Shown: positions 30,563 to 41,288, counted from the first letter of the stretch. The stretch is DNA of 64,000 nt from Lachnospiraceae bacterium (GCA_016293925.1 JAEDCX010000003.1:1154-65153), one strand, 5' to 3'. The notes: generated by a model not told the origin, from the sequence alone. Numbers and translations are program-made.

Positions 30563-32176
30563 CTATGGTTCTTCTTCCGATACCCCCAGTTCCCGGTACA
30601 GATCCTCCTCCGTCAGCACCCCCTCGTACAAGCCGTACGCCAACCGGGCCGCAGCGGTGGTATAGAATCGATTCCTGCCAAAAAAGGTTCGCTTCTCCTC
30701 CAGAGAAACGACTGCACCATGGAAAAACAATCCGCAACGATCCGCATATGCAGCAGCAAATTCACAGTCATGAGTCACCAGCAGAATTGCGGTTCCCTTT
30801 TCCTTCTCCCGGTTCAGTAATTCCCCCAGCTGTTCTTTGGCAGATGCATCCAAACCTTTACCGGGCTCATCCAGCAGAAGCACCCTGCGCTCGGCTGCCA
30901 GCAGTTTACGGAGTGCCAGCTGCTGCTTTTCCCCACCGCTCAGATCGTACGGATGCGTCAGGCGGTCATCCGGAATGCCAACCAGTTTCATCTCTCTATG
31001 TACGGAATCCGTCACAAACATGGTTTCCACATCCTGGGGCAGATAACCGATCTGCGGTCTGCTGCCCTTGATTTTCTCGCCCAGCAGACGGCAGGTTCCC
31101 TCCTGCGGTGTGAGAATCCCTGCCAGCAGTTTCAGAAAGGTGGTTTTCCCGGATCCATTTCCTCCCAGGAGGCAGACACATTCTCCCGGATACAGATTTA
31201 CTTCTGCTCCGCGTACCACATCCGGTTCCATCCTGCCATATCGGAACCACAGCCCCCTGCAGGTAAGCACCGGCGCAGTTTCCCCCTCCCCGTCATTCAT
31301 ATCCTTCCGGCTCCGGGACAATGCCTGACGCTGTAGCCGGCACTCGGCTTCCAGAAAGGAGCGTCCCGCCCGGATGGTCAGCGGAATGCTGCCTTCCGGA
31401 TCTTTCTCCAGTCTGCACGCCACTCTTCCTGCAAGCGGAAGTGCCTTATAGATTACGGAATCAGCGGGAATCCGGCGCATCAGTTCGTCCGGCGTACCGG
31501 AGAAGGCGATGGTTTTGTTCTCCAGATAGAATACCCGGTCTGCAGTGGGCAGAACTTCCTCCAGTCTGTGTTCCACAATCAGGATCGTAATGCCCATCTC
31601 CCGGTTCAGTTTCTCCAGTATGCGGAGGAAATCGATTGCCGCAATCGGATCCAGTTGAGAGGTGGGTTCATCCAGAATCAGCAGCCGGGGATTCATGACC
31701 ACCGCAGCCGCCAGATTCACAATCTGAAGCTGTCCCCCGGACAATTCCGTAATCCTGCGGTCGTACCAATCTCCGATTCCGAAATAGGACGAGACCTCCG
31801 CCACCCGTCGTCTGATCTCTCCCGGTTCCATCCCCACATTCTCGGCACCGAAAGCCAGTTCATGCCACACCTTATCCGTGACTGCCTGATCCCCGGGATT
31901 CTGCATGACAAAACCGATTTCCCCGGGGTCCTCTGCCCCGTTCCAACGGATCGTTCCGTCGAGTTTTCCTACGGGCACCAGTTCCTTTTTGCAGAGTCGC
32001 AATAACGTGGACTTACCGCATCCCGTAGCACCGCAGAGAACATGATAGCCTCCCTCCCGGATATCCATCGAGATATCACTCAGTACCTGACATATCTCAC
32101 CTGTCGGCTCCCCTGTCCTCTCATCCGTAGGGTAATATCCGAAGGACACATTCTGCAAAGACAATAACGTACCCAT
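30563..32176 (-). CDS. ECF transporter ATPase, fused EcfA1-EcfA2 (two ABC domains)
   Basis: Two Walker A motifs (GATGCGKSTLL and GGNGSGKTTFL) and two LSGG signatures. Confidence 0.88.
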   Translation of the reverse strand: MGTLLSLQNVSFGYYPTDERTGEPTGEICQVLSDISMDIREGGYHVLCGATGCGKSTLLRLCKKELVPVGKLDGTIRWNGAEDPGEIGFVMQNPGDQAVTDKVWHELAFGAENVGMEPGEIRRRVAEVSSYFGIGDWYDRRITELSGGQLQIVNLAAAVVMNPRLLILDEPTSQLDPIAAIDFLRILEKLNREMGITILIVEHRLEEVLPTADRVFYLENKTIAFSGTPDELMRRIPADSVIYKALPLAGRVACRLEKDPEGSIPLTIRAGRSFLEAECRLQRQALSRSRKDMNDGEGETAPVLTCRGLWFRYGRMEPDVVRGAEVNLYPGECVCLLGGNGSGKTTFLKLLAGILTPQEGTCRLLGEKIKGSRPQIGYLPQDVETMFVTDSVHREMKLVGIPDDRLTHPYDLSGGEKQQLALRKLLAAERRVLLLDEPGKGLDASAKEQLGELLNREKEKGTAILLVTHDCEFAAAYADRCGLFFHGAVVSLEEKRTFFGRNRFYTTAAARLAYGLYEGVLTEEDLYRELGVSEEEP

Positions 32177-33067
32177 CTATTTATCCTCTCTTCCTCCTGC
32201 TACAGATCTTCCCAGTGCCCGGAGCCCGCAATATCCGGGCAGGAGCAGACACAGCAGTAAATAGCAGATCACACAAGTCCATACCCATGGATCTGCCATA
32301 TCCATCCGGATTTCCGGATAATATAACACCTGTATTTTATTTGTAGTATGAATGGAGATGACCCCGACAGACAATCCCAGTGACAATAGGATCAGCAGAA
32401 CATCCCGGCATGTCATATGGTATTCATGATACACCGTACGCTTCCCGCATCCAAATCCTCTGGCCTGCATGGAATCTGCCGTATTCACGGAATGTTCAAA
32501 AGACCAGGTTACCATGGCAGAAAACACTCTGCACTCCCCGCGTATCCGCTCCGGCAGACTTCCCCCGCCGTACAGCCCCAGCTGTTGCTGAACCTGTCTG
32601 ATCTGAACAGCCTTCCTGCGATAGTCCGGTACGAATCGTAATACCATCGAGCAGATCAGCGCCGCCTTCGGCGATATCCTTCCCAAAAGATAAATCAGAC
32701 GATCAGAGGTCATGAACCGGGTCAGCCCTCTGCACCAGTTCAATACGCCTGCCAGCGTAACAGCCATTACTACCCCGAAAATCACTGCCTCCAGCGTAAT
32801 CCGGGCACCGTTCAGGTAGAACAGAACCGTGACTCCATTGTGGTAAACCAGAGGATTCACGATCATCACCCCCAGAAAGAACACAATCCGCCACGCAAAC
32901 TCCCCCGCCTTGCCCCTTCCTGTCGCAAACGTCCTGTTAAGTATCAGGGAGCCTGCCCATGATACCACCTGCAGAAACGGGTGTCTCGTAAACATTGCCA
33001 CCGTCATGACGCACACAAAATAAATGAAAATCGTAATCGGATGCAATCTGTCAGTCCACTCTGTCAT
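32177..33067 (-). CDS. ECF transporter transmembrane component EcfT (CbiQ family)
   Basis: Polytopic CbiQ-like protein. Its stop directly abuts the ATPase start. Confidence 0.8.
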   Translation of the reverse strand: MTEWTDRLHPITIFIYFVCVMTVAMFTRHPFLQVVSWAGSLILNRTFATGRGKAGEFAWRIVFFLGVMIVNPLVYHNGVTVLFYLNGARITLEAVIFGVVMAVTLAGVLNWCRGLTRFMTSDRLIYLLGRISPKAALICSMVLRFVPDYRRKAVQIRQVQQQLGLYGGGSLPERIRGECRVFSAMVTWSFEHSVNTADSMQARGFGCGKRTVYHEYHMTCRDVLLILLSLGLSVGVISIHTTNKIQVLYYPEIRMDMADPWVWTCVICYLLLCLLLPGYCGLRALGRSVAGGREDK

Positions 33068-34769
33068 CTTCCACATCCTTTCCGAGATTCGTAGTATATA
33101 CCCAGATTACCTGATCACCCTCCTGAAGGAGATACTCACCGCACCCCATCTGAGGAAACCTTCCGTTGACCCGGTACATCCAGCCGGACAGATCACTGAA
33201 ATCCCCTTCATAGAGGTATGCGATTCCCTGTACATACACAAATCCCCTGGCAACCGCGTCCCCTGCATATTCCATCTGGATATCATACTCCCGGACTGCC
33301 ATATCCAGCAGTTCAAACACAGAAGTACCCTCCGTGACCCAGAAGTTTGTTTCCGCCAGAATGCATCCATCCTCCGGCATGTTCACTCCTGATTTGATCT
33401 CTTTCCTATCTACAATCGAATCGCAGCGAATTTCCAGTGAAACAAGCAGTCCCTCTCCCGGGGATGCCTGCTCTTTTCCACCGGAGAGATATTGCTCTTT
33501 GGTTTCTATCTTGAATCGCCACACAACCAGTACTGCAATTCCTGCCACCAGAAGAATACCGCAGATCCTGGGCAAACCGGCTTTCCTCTTCCTAACGCAG
33601 ATCATCCATGCGGCAAAAGCAGCTATTCCGATCAATCCAGTCACAATCCAACGGTAATCCACACCACCGGCAGCACCATGACCGGGAAGAGCCAGCACAT
33701 GCCGGTCCGTCTCCTCATACGCTTGAAACCGCAACAGGAATCCCGCTCCCCGGGCGGCCCGATACATCGCCGCCAATGCACACATCGCCTGGGAACTGCC
33801 CATCTCATTGACCTTTCCTCCCAAGGCATGCACATATCCTCCCTCTTCCGCTTCATACAACTGTAATCCGGTCCAGACAGAAGCGTATCCGGACGGGGAG
33901 TTTTCCTTGTAGTAGTCTTTTCCCAATGCACAGAAAGCCATCACCACCTGGGCAGTGCTCTCCACGCATCCGTTCTGCGCGTCCGCCACAGTTCCGTAGT
34001 CTCCGTCTTCCCGCTGTGCAGACCGCAGAAAGGCAACCGCCCGCTGCAGCATATCCGCCACCTGACGATTGTCTTCATAGGCAGCCATCGCTTGCACCGC
34101 CATCGCGGTAATGTCCACATCCCCGGTATTACCCCGTAGCGCAAATCCACCGTCCTGTAGCTGCATCTGTGACAGTTCCAGCAGGATTTCCTCCCGCTCC
34201 CAGGTTCCGCTGTCATACCCGCCTCCATCCAGCATCAGCAGACCATATAGGTAAGACATGATTCCCATTCTGCCAATGGTATGATCCTTCGCCACATCGA
34301 TGTAGGCATTCCGCACCGCAGCCGTTTCTTCTGCGGCCGCCCCGCCTACCGCCTCGATTGCATCCACTGTCAGCATAATCTTCTGCAAAGAGGTGACTCC
34401 CAGTGCATCGGCGATCTCATCCGGTGTTTCTGCCCCCTGTGACTCCACCTTTTCCTGCATGGCGCGTTGCAGCGCCTTTATATAACGTGTGTAATTTATC
34501 TCATATCCGGCACCGCAAATCCCCAGAATAAGGGATTGCACGTTGCCGCTCAACGGATCTGCCGCATAGATCTCATCCACCAGCTGTTGCGCATCCGAAA
34601 CCTGATATTGTTCGCACTGCCACAACAGAATCCTGTCCATTGCAGTTTTGATTTCCGACGAATCCACGGCTCCGGAAAGGGTAGATCCCTGCCAAAACAA
34701 AAGCAGCGCCGCCACACAGGCGATAATTCCCGGAAACCGATTCTTTTTATCCCTCGTCCTGACATGCAT
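33051..34769 (-). CDS. surface protein: prenyltransferase-like alpha/alpha-barrel domain + 2 TM helices + DUF4430 domain
   Basis: Signal/anchor at the N-terminus. Repeats such as LQDGGF and REDGDYG are typical of terpenoid-cyclase/prenyltransferase-like barrels. The C-terminal domain resembles the adjacent DUF4430 lipoprotein (WMYRVNG...GDQVIWVY). Confidence 0.65.
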   Translation of the reverse strand: MHVRTRDKKNRFPGIIACVAALLLFWQGSTLSGAVDSSEIKTAMDRILLWQCEQYQVSDAQQLVDEIYAADPLSGNVQSLILGICGAGYEINYTRYIKALQRAMQEKVESQGAETPDEIADALGVTSLQKIMLTVDAIEAVGGAAAEETAAVRNAYIDVAKDHTIGRMGIMSYLYGLLMLDGGGYDSGTWEREEILLELSQMQLQDGGFALRGNTGDVDITAMAVQAMAAYEDNRQVADMLQRAVAFLRSAQREDGDYGTVADAQNGCVESTAQVVMAFCALGKDYYKENSPSGYASVWTGLQLYEAEEGGYVHALGGKVNEMGSSQAMCALAAMYRAARGAGFLLRFQAYEETDRHVLALPGHGAAGGVDYRWIVTGLIGIAAFAAWMICVRKRKAGLPRICGILLVAGIAVLVVWRFKIETKEQYLSGGKEQASPGEGLLVSLEIRCDSIVDRKEIKSGVNMPEDGCILAETNFWVTEGTSVFELLDMAVREYDIQMEYAGDAVARGFVYVQGIAYLYEGDFSDLSGWMYRVNGRFPQMGCGEYLLQEGDQVIWVYTTNLGKDVEDDRVD

Positions 34770-34865
34770 CTCCTCTCTCCGTTCTCCTTTCTGTGCGTTC
34801 AGTGCGGAAGCGGGCCTTCCCCGTCCATGTCCGCAGGTATGTGCGAAAAAGGCCCGTCCATCTGC

Positions 34866-35288
34866 TTATTCAGCTACATATACCTCATATTTCAGTTCGA
34901 ACTCATCCCCTGCCGCAACAGGCTGTGCATCAATACTGAACTGGCCGTACTCCCCATTCACATACAGGGACCAGTAGGCACCGTCTGCATCGTAGTCAGC
35001 AGACACACCGTTAATCGTCGTCAGATAATACCCCCATTCATCCTGATACCCATCGAAATCAAATCCATTGGCCACCAGGCAATCGTACAGGGTATCCCCC
35101 TGCAATTCCATTGTGTACTTCGTATCATTTCCATCCGGTGCTGTCACGATTACGGTACACGTCTCTGCGTTCTGCTCCGCATCCGCTGTTGTGTCCTTCT
35201 TGTCTGTCTTTCCGCATGCAGTCATTGCAAACATGCAAAGGACAAGCATCATAGTCAGAATGGTGTTCAGTAACTTCTTGTTTCTCAT
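34866..35288 (-). CDS. DUF4430-domain lipoprotein (candidate cobalamin-binding)
   Basis: Lipobox FAMTAC. YWSLYVNGEY...GDEFELKY. First gene after the B12 riboswitch. ATG at 35288 after GAGGAAAGAG. Confidence 0.7.
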   Translation of the reverse strand: MRNKKLLNTILTMMLVLCMFAMTACGKTDKKDTTADAEQNAETCTVIVTAPDGNDTKYTMELQGDTLYDCLVANGFDFDGYQDEWGYYLTTINGVSADYDADGAYWSLYVNGEYGQFSIDAQPVAAGDEFELKYEVYVAE

Positions 35289-35430
35289 CTCTTTCCTCTT
35301 TCTGCGCTTTCTGCGCCTTCTCAGATTACCGGAGTCATAAACACGGACACCTTCGGCAACATCCTTCCGCACTGCTGCAGGACGACTCCCGCGGAGCATT
35401 TTCCCGTATCAGAACAAAGTATCCGAATAC

Positions 35431-35460
35431 AAGAAAAAAAGAGATCTTGCCGATCTCTTT
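35431..35460 (-). terminator. riboswitch expression-platform terminator
   Basis: AAAGAGAUC-ggcaa-GAUCUCUUU followed by a U-run. Confidence 0.7.
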
Positions 35461-35479
35461 GATGCCACCACAAAAAACA

Positions 35480-35701
35480 GGCATGGATCACTCCATCCCC
35501 CGCGCGCATTAAGCCTGAATTGCCTGCACTACGCCTTCTGTATCTGTATTTATGTGACATTGTTTTCGGTTCCGGCAAAAACAATTGTACGAATCCACGT
35601 ATCTGACTAATCAGTTCCAGGACTGCTTCACAGTGACCGACTCGCGGGGAATCCCACCCCATTCCGTGTTCCGTTTTGAAACGGTATCCGTACATGAAAA
35701 C
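35480..35701 (-). promoter_or_regulatory. cobalamin (B12) riboswitch
   Basis: GGAAUGGGGUGGGAUUCCCC, then GUCGGUCACUGU, then the B12-box-like AGUCAGAUAC, on the minus strand. Confidence 0.8.
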
Positions 35702-35707
35702 GCATGT

Positions 35708-35736
35708 ATCTTACCATACTTTATCCTGTTTTTCAA
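35708..35736 (-). promoter_or_regulatory. promoter of the B12 riboswitch operon
   Basis: TTGAAA-17 nt-TAAGAT. Confidence 0.5.
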
Positions 35737-35807
35737 CACCTGATCGAAAACACACTCTCTGCCATCAGACAGCCCGTCATATGCCGGTCTTCCGACCGGG
35801 GGAGCAC

Positions 35808-36473
35808 TCAGCGAATCCCCCACACCACCGTGACGGTATCCTCCACCTCAATATCATCCGGTGTCATATCCATGTCATAGGACGCCCCGGCATGTGCCTT
35901 CCTGCACATCGCCCCGGCAGCCAGCGGTGTCACAGGACCGGTAACCAGATCAAGCCTGTTCCAGGAATAATCCACCAGCTGAATCTCTCCCAGTTCCACG
36001 CCCGATGCCTCTGCCAGAATTCGCGCCTTTGCAGTAGAATCTGTTACCGCCGTCCGAAGCAGATCGTTCTTACAGTTCTCCTGATCGCTGATTGTATATT
36101 CCAGATTTAATTCCGGATTGGCATCGCAATGAGCCAGTGCATACAATAGTCTGCCCAGCAGTTCGTTATTCAGCGGAAACTGGAGTTTCATTCTGTGATG
36201 ATACTGGTACCCTGCAAAACGATTTTTCCAATTGCGGGTCTCGTCCTGATATCCTTCATATCTTGGCTCCACATTCATGGACACGGTCTTCCAATCCGTT
36301 CTGTCAAATCCAAGATCCGTTGCAAGTTCCTTGACTTTATTAGTCAATTCTGTAGATTTTCGAATCGCGTCCTCATATTCCTTTTCATTTCCTTCCAACG
36401 TGACAAACAGACGGGTGGTGTCCGGTCGGACTGCAATTTTCCCTTTCCCGGTTACCCTGATGACTCTCTCCAT
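35808..36473 (-). CDS. SIMPL (DUF541) domain protein
   Basis: IRVTGKGKIAVRPD...LEYTISD pattern. ATG at 36473 after GGAAAGGAG. Confidence 0.7.
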   Translation of the reverse strand: MERVIRVTGKGKIAVRPDTTRLFVTLEGNEKEYEDAIRKSTELTNKVKELATDLGFDRTDWKTVSMNVEPRYEGYQDETRNWKNRFAGYQYHHRMKLQFPLNNELLGRLLYALAHCDANPELNLEYTISDQENCKNDLLRTAVTDSTAKARILAEASGVELGEIQLVDYSWNRLDLVTGPVTPLAAGAMCRKAHAGASYDMDMTPDDIEVEDTVTVVWGIR

Positions 36474-36546
36474 CTCGTTTCTCCTTTCCATGACAGAAGC
36501 TGCTCCCATCCGGGTGCATCGCCTCCCTGTTTTCATTGCGTTTTCT

Positions 36547-38457
36547 CTATATCATCCGCTGCGTTCCGTGCTGAATCAGAAACCGATCCAGATCATCTGC
36601 CGGAATTGGTCTGGAATACTTGAATCCCTGCAGATACGATGCCGAATTGTTCATACACAGCAGCTCCTGGTCTTCCGTTTCCACGCCTTCATACAGGAGT
36701 TCGTAACCAAGTTGATCGAATGCCAGTGACAAACTGTGAAGCATCACTCTCTGTTTCTCATCATCCGTCATCAGTAATAGCGAACGGTCAAACTTTACCA
36801 CATTGAAATTCAATCCCAATAATCGTTCCAGATTTGAATGCCCGGTGCCGAAATCATCCAGATACAGATAACTGCCCAAGCGTCTCATCTCTGTCACAAT
36901 ACCGGCAACAATGTTGTAATCCGTATCGTTATTGCTCTCTGTCAGTTCCACACCGATCCTCCTAAAAGAGATACCGTGCCCGCTCACGATTGTCTCAAAA
37001 TCCGTCATGAAAGAAGGAATCTTCAGTTCCGTCATGGAGAAATTGACAGAGATTCTGTCCCAGTCAAAGCCTTCACTCAATAATCGTTTCATCAGAATGC
37101 AGGATTTATTCAGAATAATCTTGCTCAACGCATGAATACAGTCGCTCTCTTCCGCAAGCGGGATGAATTCCCCCGGCATGATAAAGCCGATCCCCGGGAT
37201 ATCCAGACGCATCAGGGCTTCCGCAGTATCAAACCGGCCCGTATGCACATTCTTTACCGGCTGGCAATAGAGCAGAACTCTCTCATCCTCCAGATCCTCC
37301 TTCACCTTGATATCCTGTAATGCTTTCAGGATACACTTGGAACGGCTGAATTGCTCGAAATCGGAATGGTATACCATCAGGTATGTATTCAAGGCAATCT
37401 GTTTGGTATAAAAGTCAAATGACCACATGAAATCATCCATATTCTGCGACTCCGGATCTTCCATAACAACAATCTTGAAATCCAGATGAAACTGTCCGTG
37501 CTGCGGCAGAAGTTCATCCCGAACCAGAGTTTCTGCCCTCTGCATGATATCGGAATTCTTCTCCTCTTTTACGGCAAGAACCACGAGTTCCTGATAGGGA
37601 TTGAACAGAATCGCATCCCGGAATTTGGCACTCTTGAAATTATAGAATACTTTGCCGAATTCCTCCGGAATCCCGTACTTCTTATCCAGGTTTAGACGCA
37701 GACACAGGAATACATCCTTCTTCCCTTTTTCCCGCCTCTCCAGCAGATAATTCTCCATGGATTTCAGATCCAGTGCCCCGGTCTCCAGCGCATAGGAATT
37801 GGAATGTAGCATGAATACAATCACAATGATCGGCATTGCAAACGTCAGTGACAGAAAAGAATTATGTCCATAGAAATCCTCGACCACAACAATTGCGACG
37901 CACATGATCTCCGTGATGTACAAAATCTTACGCACCTTCGGAATGATTCTTTTCCGGTACACAATCAGAATCGCGGCGATCAGAAAATAGTTCAGCAGAT
38001 AGGCAATGGTAAAGGGCTTCTGAATGTTAACATTCTGCCACAGGCCTTCCTCATCCAGATAGAAGCCAATATGTGTCAGCGGTGACAGGCAGTCCATAAC
38101 CGCCCCTGTCACATTCAGAAACAGGGAAATCAGCTTCAGACACGCACCCTGACTGCTTTTCGGCGAAATCAGAAGGATCAGATATTCCGTATACAACAGG
38201 AAAATCATAAGAAATGCGCAGTGATAGATATCCCGGAAGAAATATATCCAGAAAATCTTCTCCTGTTTGACAGCAATACAGAACATGACATTCGATGCAG
38301 AAGCCAACGTCACAAGAACAAGACTTAATATGAAGAGGAAGGATCTCTTTTCCCTTTTCACATACGTTTCCTTGAGAATCAACAGAAACAGAATTCCCAA
38401 TAAAACCAGAAAAAGATCCCCCACTATGGAATACTTTTCAATCAGTTCCGTATACAT
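36547..38457 (-). CDS. membrane-bound EAL phosphodiesterase with degenerate GGDEF-like linker domain
   Basis: About 7 TM helices at the N-terminus and no GGDEF motif. EAL domain has EALMRL...ELTES...DDFGTGHSN. ATG at 38457 after AAAGAGGAA. Confidence 0.85.
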   Translation of the reverse strand: MYTELIEKYSIVGDLFLVLLGILFLLILKETYVKREKRSFLFILSLVLVTLASASNVMFCIAVKQEKIFWIYFFRDIYHCAFLMIFLLYTEYLILLISPKSSQGACLKLISLFLNVTGAVMDCLSPLTHIGFYLDEEGLWQNVNIQKPFTIAYLLNYFLIAAILIVYRKRIIPKVRKILYITEIMCVAIVVVEDFYGHNSFLSLTFAMPIIVIVFMLHSNSYALETGALDLKSMENYLLERREKGKKDVFLCLRLNLDKKYGIPEEFGKVFYNFKSAKFRDAILFNPYQELVVLAVKEEKNSDIMQRAETLVRDELLPQHGQFHLDFKIVVMEDPESQNMDDFMWSFDFYTKQIALNTYLMVYHSDFEQFSRSKCILKALQDIKVKEDLEDERVLLYCQPVKNVHTGRFDTAEALMRLDIPGIGFIMPGEFIPLAEESDCIHALSKIILNKSCILMKRLLSEGFDWDRISVNFSMTELKIPSFMTDFETIVSGHGISFRRIGVELTESNNDTDYNIVAGIVTEMRRLGSYLYLDDFGTGHSNLERLLGLNFNVVKFDRSLLLMTDDEKQRVMLHSLSLAFDQLGYELLYEGVETEDQELLCMNNSASYLQGFKYSRPIPADDLDRFLIQHGTQRMI

Positions 38458-38631
38458 TCCCGTTCCTCTTTGGTTCACTCGCCGAGTTTTCTCTTTCGGT
38501 TACCGCACAGTTGTCATATTATTATATCACATGTTATCCACATTGGAAAGAATTAACCTTGACAATATCAACAATTCATTATATAAAAAAAGAACTGACA
38601 ATCGTAACAGATTCAAACAAAGGACATAAGT

Positions 38632-39339
38632 ATGAAGCGTTTTCTCCTCAAAGCAGCCTATATTCTGATCATGATCGGACTGGCCTTTTTACTTGTTTAT
38701 TACATAGGACGTGATATTGCTCCCGATCTGATCCGCGCTTTCAAGAGTGGGGACGAAGCCGCAATGGAGATGTATCTCGCAGAGAATGATAATATTCTCG
38801 GCATGATGCTGACCGCCCTTCTGCAGATTGTTCAGGTTCTGTCCGTCTTCATCCCCAGTATCCCTGTGCAGGTTGCTGCCGGAGTCGTATTCGGAACCGT
38901 CCGTGGTTTTCTGATCTGCTATATTGCCAATATTGTTGCCAACGCATTCATCTACCTGATCTATGCGAAGATCCATGTCCTGTTAAACAGGATCGTACCG
39001 ATGGAGAAAGAGAGCAAGCTCACCCGTATGATCGCCGCATCCGGTTCTCCTACCTATATGGTCGCAATGGCATGTATCATTCCTGCTATCCCAAACGGCT
39101 TCATTCCCTATGCAGCATATGCTGCCAAGGTGCCGTTCAAAAAGTTCGTCTTTGCCGTATCCGTAGGGTGTCTTCCACCCATCCTGGTACTGTGTGCCAT
39201 CGGCAATCAGATCCTGACCGGAGACTGGTTCCTGGTAGTGTTCCTGATCGCCCTGTCCTTTGTGATTGCCGCAGTTCTGACACTGCTGCAGGGACGGATC
39301 ATTCGCTTTATCAATACCCACATCCGGAATCGACGATAG
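38632..39339 (+). CDS. TVP38/TMEM64 (VTT/DedA-superfamily) membrane protein
   Basis: VTT-domain-like sequence with a TTGACA promoter upstream. Confidence 0.7.
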   Translation: MKRFLLKAAYILIMIGLAFLLVYYIGRDIAPDLIRAFKSGDEAAMEMYLAENDNILGMMLTALLQIVQVLSVFIPSIPVQVAAGVVFGTVRGFLICYIANIVANAFIYLIYAKIHVLLNRIVPMEKESKLTRMIAASGSPTYMVAMACIIPAIPNGFIPYAAYAAKVPFKKFVFAVSVGCLPPILVLCAIGNQILTGDWFLVVFLIALSFVIAAVLTLLQGRIIRFINTHIRNRR

Positions 39340-39342
39340 GTA

Positions 39343-39891
39343 TCAGCCTTCCATCAGTGCCAGTATCATCTGGGCAGTCTCAACTTTCCCGGTTCCGCTG
39401 TCCATACTGTTTTTCTGGATGTATCGGTGGGCTTCCTCTTCCGACATGCCGTTTCGCTCCATCAGCAGTTTTTTCGCCTGTTCGATGATCTTGATCTCTT
39501 CTTCGTTCCGTTCTTTCGGAACAGACCTGCGCTTCTTCCGGCGACGATCCATATTCTGCGCCATCATTCCCAGCGTTTCTACCAGATCGTGCACTTTCAG
39601 CGGCATCGGAAGACCGACGACCCCATTGCCCATATTATCTTCCAGGTTCTGCATGGACGCCACCAGAAGCATCTCAAAGTTCTGGGGCATAATGTAACGG
39701 AGTTCCCCGGCTGTCATATCGAGATATTTGGATCCGCTTACCACGATTCCGTCATTCATCTCCTCCAGCGCTGCCATCACCTGGGCGCCCGTAGAACACA
39801 CCGTCTTCACCTGAAATCCATATTTTACCAAAACATTACGGATATTCTTAGCCTCTTCAAGCTTGTAAAAAACAACAATGATGCTTGTCAA
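39343..39891 (-). CDS. ANTAR-domain RNA-binding antiterminator with pseudo-receiver domain
   Basis: C-terminal ANTAR helix pattern IIEQAKKLLMERNGMSEEEAHRYIQKNSMDSG. TTG start at 39891 follows GGAAGGAGGAG. The N-terminal domain lacks the acidic pocket of true receiver domains. Confidence 0.8.
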   Translation of the reverse strand: MTSIIVVFYKLEEAKNIRNVLVKYGFQVKTVCSTGAQVMAALEEMNDGIVVSGSKYLDMTAGELRYIMPQNFEMLLVASMQNLEDNMGNGVVGLPMPLKVHDLVETLGMMAQNMDRRRKKRRSVPKERNEEEIKIIEQAKKLLMERNGMSEEEAHRYIQKNSMDSGTGKVETAQMILALMEG

Positions 39892-39956
39892 GCGAACTCC
39901 TCCTTCCGCAATGTCTTTCGTATCTGTATGGTATACATCTACTTCACGCAGCAAAA

Positions 39957-41288
39957 TTAAATCTTATTTAAATATTCGTTGATTTCCCACTCTGTTACCT
40001 GGGAACGGTATCTGTTCCATTCTTCTCTTTTGGCTTCCGTATACTTCTGGAAAACGTGCTCTCCCAGTACATCTGCAATAAACGGATCTGCTTCCATCTC
40101 CGCAACCGCTTCCGTCAGCGTATCCGGCAGCGATCCGATACCCAGCATCTTCCGTTCCGCTTCTGTCATCTCATAGATGTTGCGATCCACACTCTTCGGC
40201 GGCTCAATATGATTCACGATACCGTCAAGTCCTGCCCGCAGACACACTGCAAGTGCCAGATACGGATTGGCTGCCGGGTCCGCACACCGCAGTTCCACTC
40301 TGGTCCCGTTTCCTCTTGATGCCGGGATTCTGATCAGCGGACTTCTGTTTATACCGCTCCACGCAATGTATACCGGTGCCTCATATCCCGGCACCAGTCG
40401 TTTATAGGAATTCACAATCGGATTGGTAATGGCCGTCATACCTTTGATATGCTTCATAATACCGCCGATAAAGAAGTATGCCTCTTTACTCAGACCCAAT
40501 GCATTGTTCTCATCTGCAAAAATATTCCTGCCGTCCTTCATGAGCGACATGTTGATATGCATACCGCTGCCTGCCTCTCCGAATTTCGGTTTCGGCATGA
40601 AAGAAGCATGTAATCCGTGTCTTCTTGCAATCGTCTTGACGGTCAGTTTGAATGTCATAATGTCATCAGCGGTCTTCAACGCCTCCCCGTATTTGAAGTC
40701 AATCTCATGCTGGGCAGGTGCACATTCGTGGTGAGAGGCTTCGATTTCAAATCCCAGTTCCTCCAGATTCAGCACCATATCCCGTCTGGCGTTCTCCCCG
40801 AAATCATTCGGTCCCATGTCGAAATAACCGGCTTTCTCGTATGTGATCGTCGTCGGTAACATATTTTCGTCCGTATGGAAAAGGAAAAATTCACACTCCG
40901 GCCCAACCATGAAGGTATAGCCTAATTTCGCCGCCTCCGCAATGGCTCTTTTGAGTACATACCGCGGATCCCCCTCAAAGGGAATTCCGTTTGGTCTGTA
41001 CACATCACAGATCAGTCTGGCAACCTTGCCCTGCTGGGGTCTCCACGGGAAAATAGCAAGTGTATCCAGATCCGGATACAGATACATATCCGACTCTTCA
41101 ATCCGCACAAATCCCTCAATGCTGGACCCGTCAAACATGATCTGATTATTCAATGCTTTTTCCAGCTGGCTTGCTGTGATTGCTACGTTCTTCAGGTTAC
41201 CGAAGATGTCCACAAACTGCAGTCTGATAAACTCCACGTCTTCTTCATCGATAATGCGAATAATATCTTCCTTCGTATACTTGCTCAT
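39957..41288 (-). CDS. glnA: glutamine synthetase, type I
   Basis: 443 aa with [21 protein letters not shown] and [20 protein letters not shown] at 41288 after AAAGGAG. Confidence 0.95.
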   Translation of the reverse strand: MSKYTKEDIIRIIDEEDVEFIRLQFVDIFGNLKNVAITASQLEKALNNQIMFDGSSIEGFVRIEESDMYLYPDLDTLAIFPWRPQQGKVARLICDVYRPNGIPFEGDPRYVLKRAIAEAAKLGYTFMVGPECEFFLFHTDENMLPTTITYEKAGYFDMGPNDFGENARRDMVLNLEELGFEIEASHHECAPAQHEIDFKYGEALKTADDIMTFKLTVKTIARRHGLHASFMPKPKFGEAGSGMHINMSLMKDGRNIFADENNALGLSKEAYFFIGGIMKHIKGMTAITNPIVNSYKRLVPGYEAPVYIAWSGINRSPLIRIPASRGNGTRVELRCADPAANPYLALAVCLRAGLDGIVNHIEPPKSVDRNIYEMTEAERKMLGIGSLPDTLTEAVAEMEADPFIADVLGEHVFQKYTEAKREEWNRYRSQVTEWEINEYLNKI

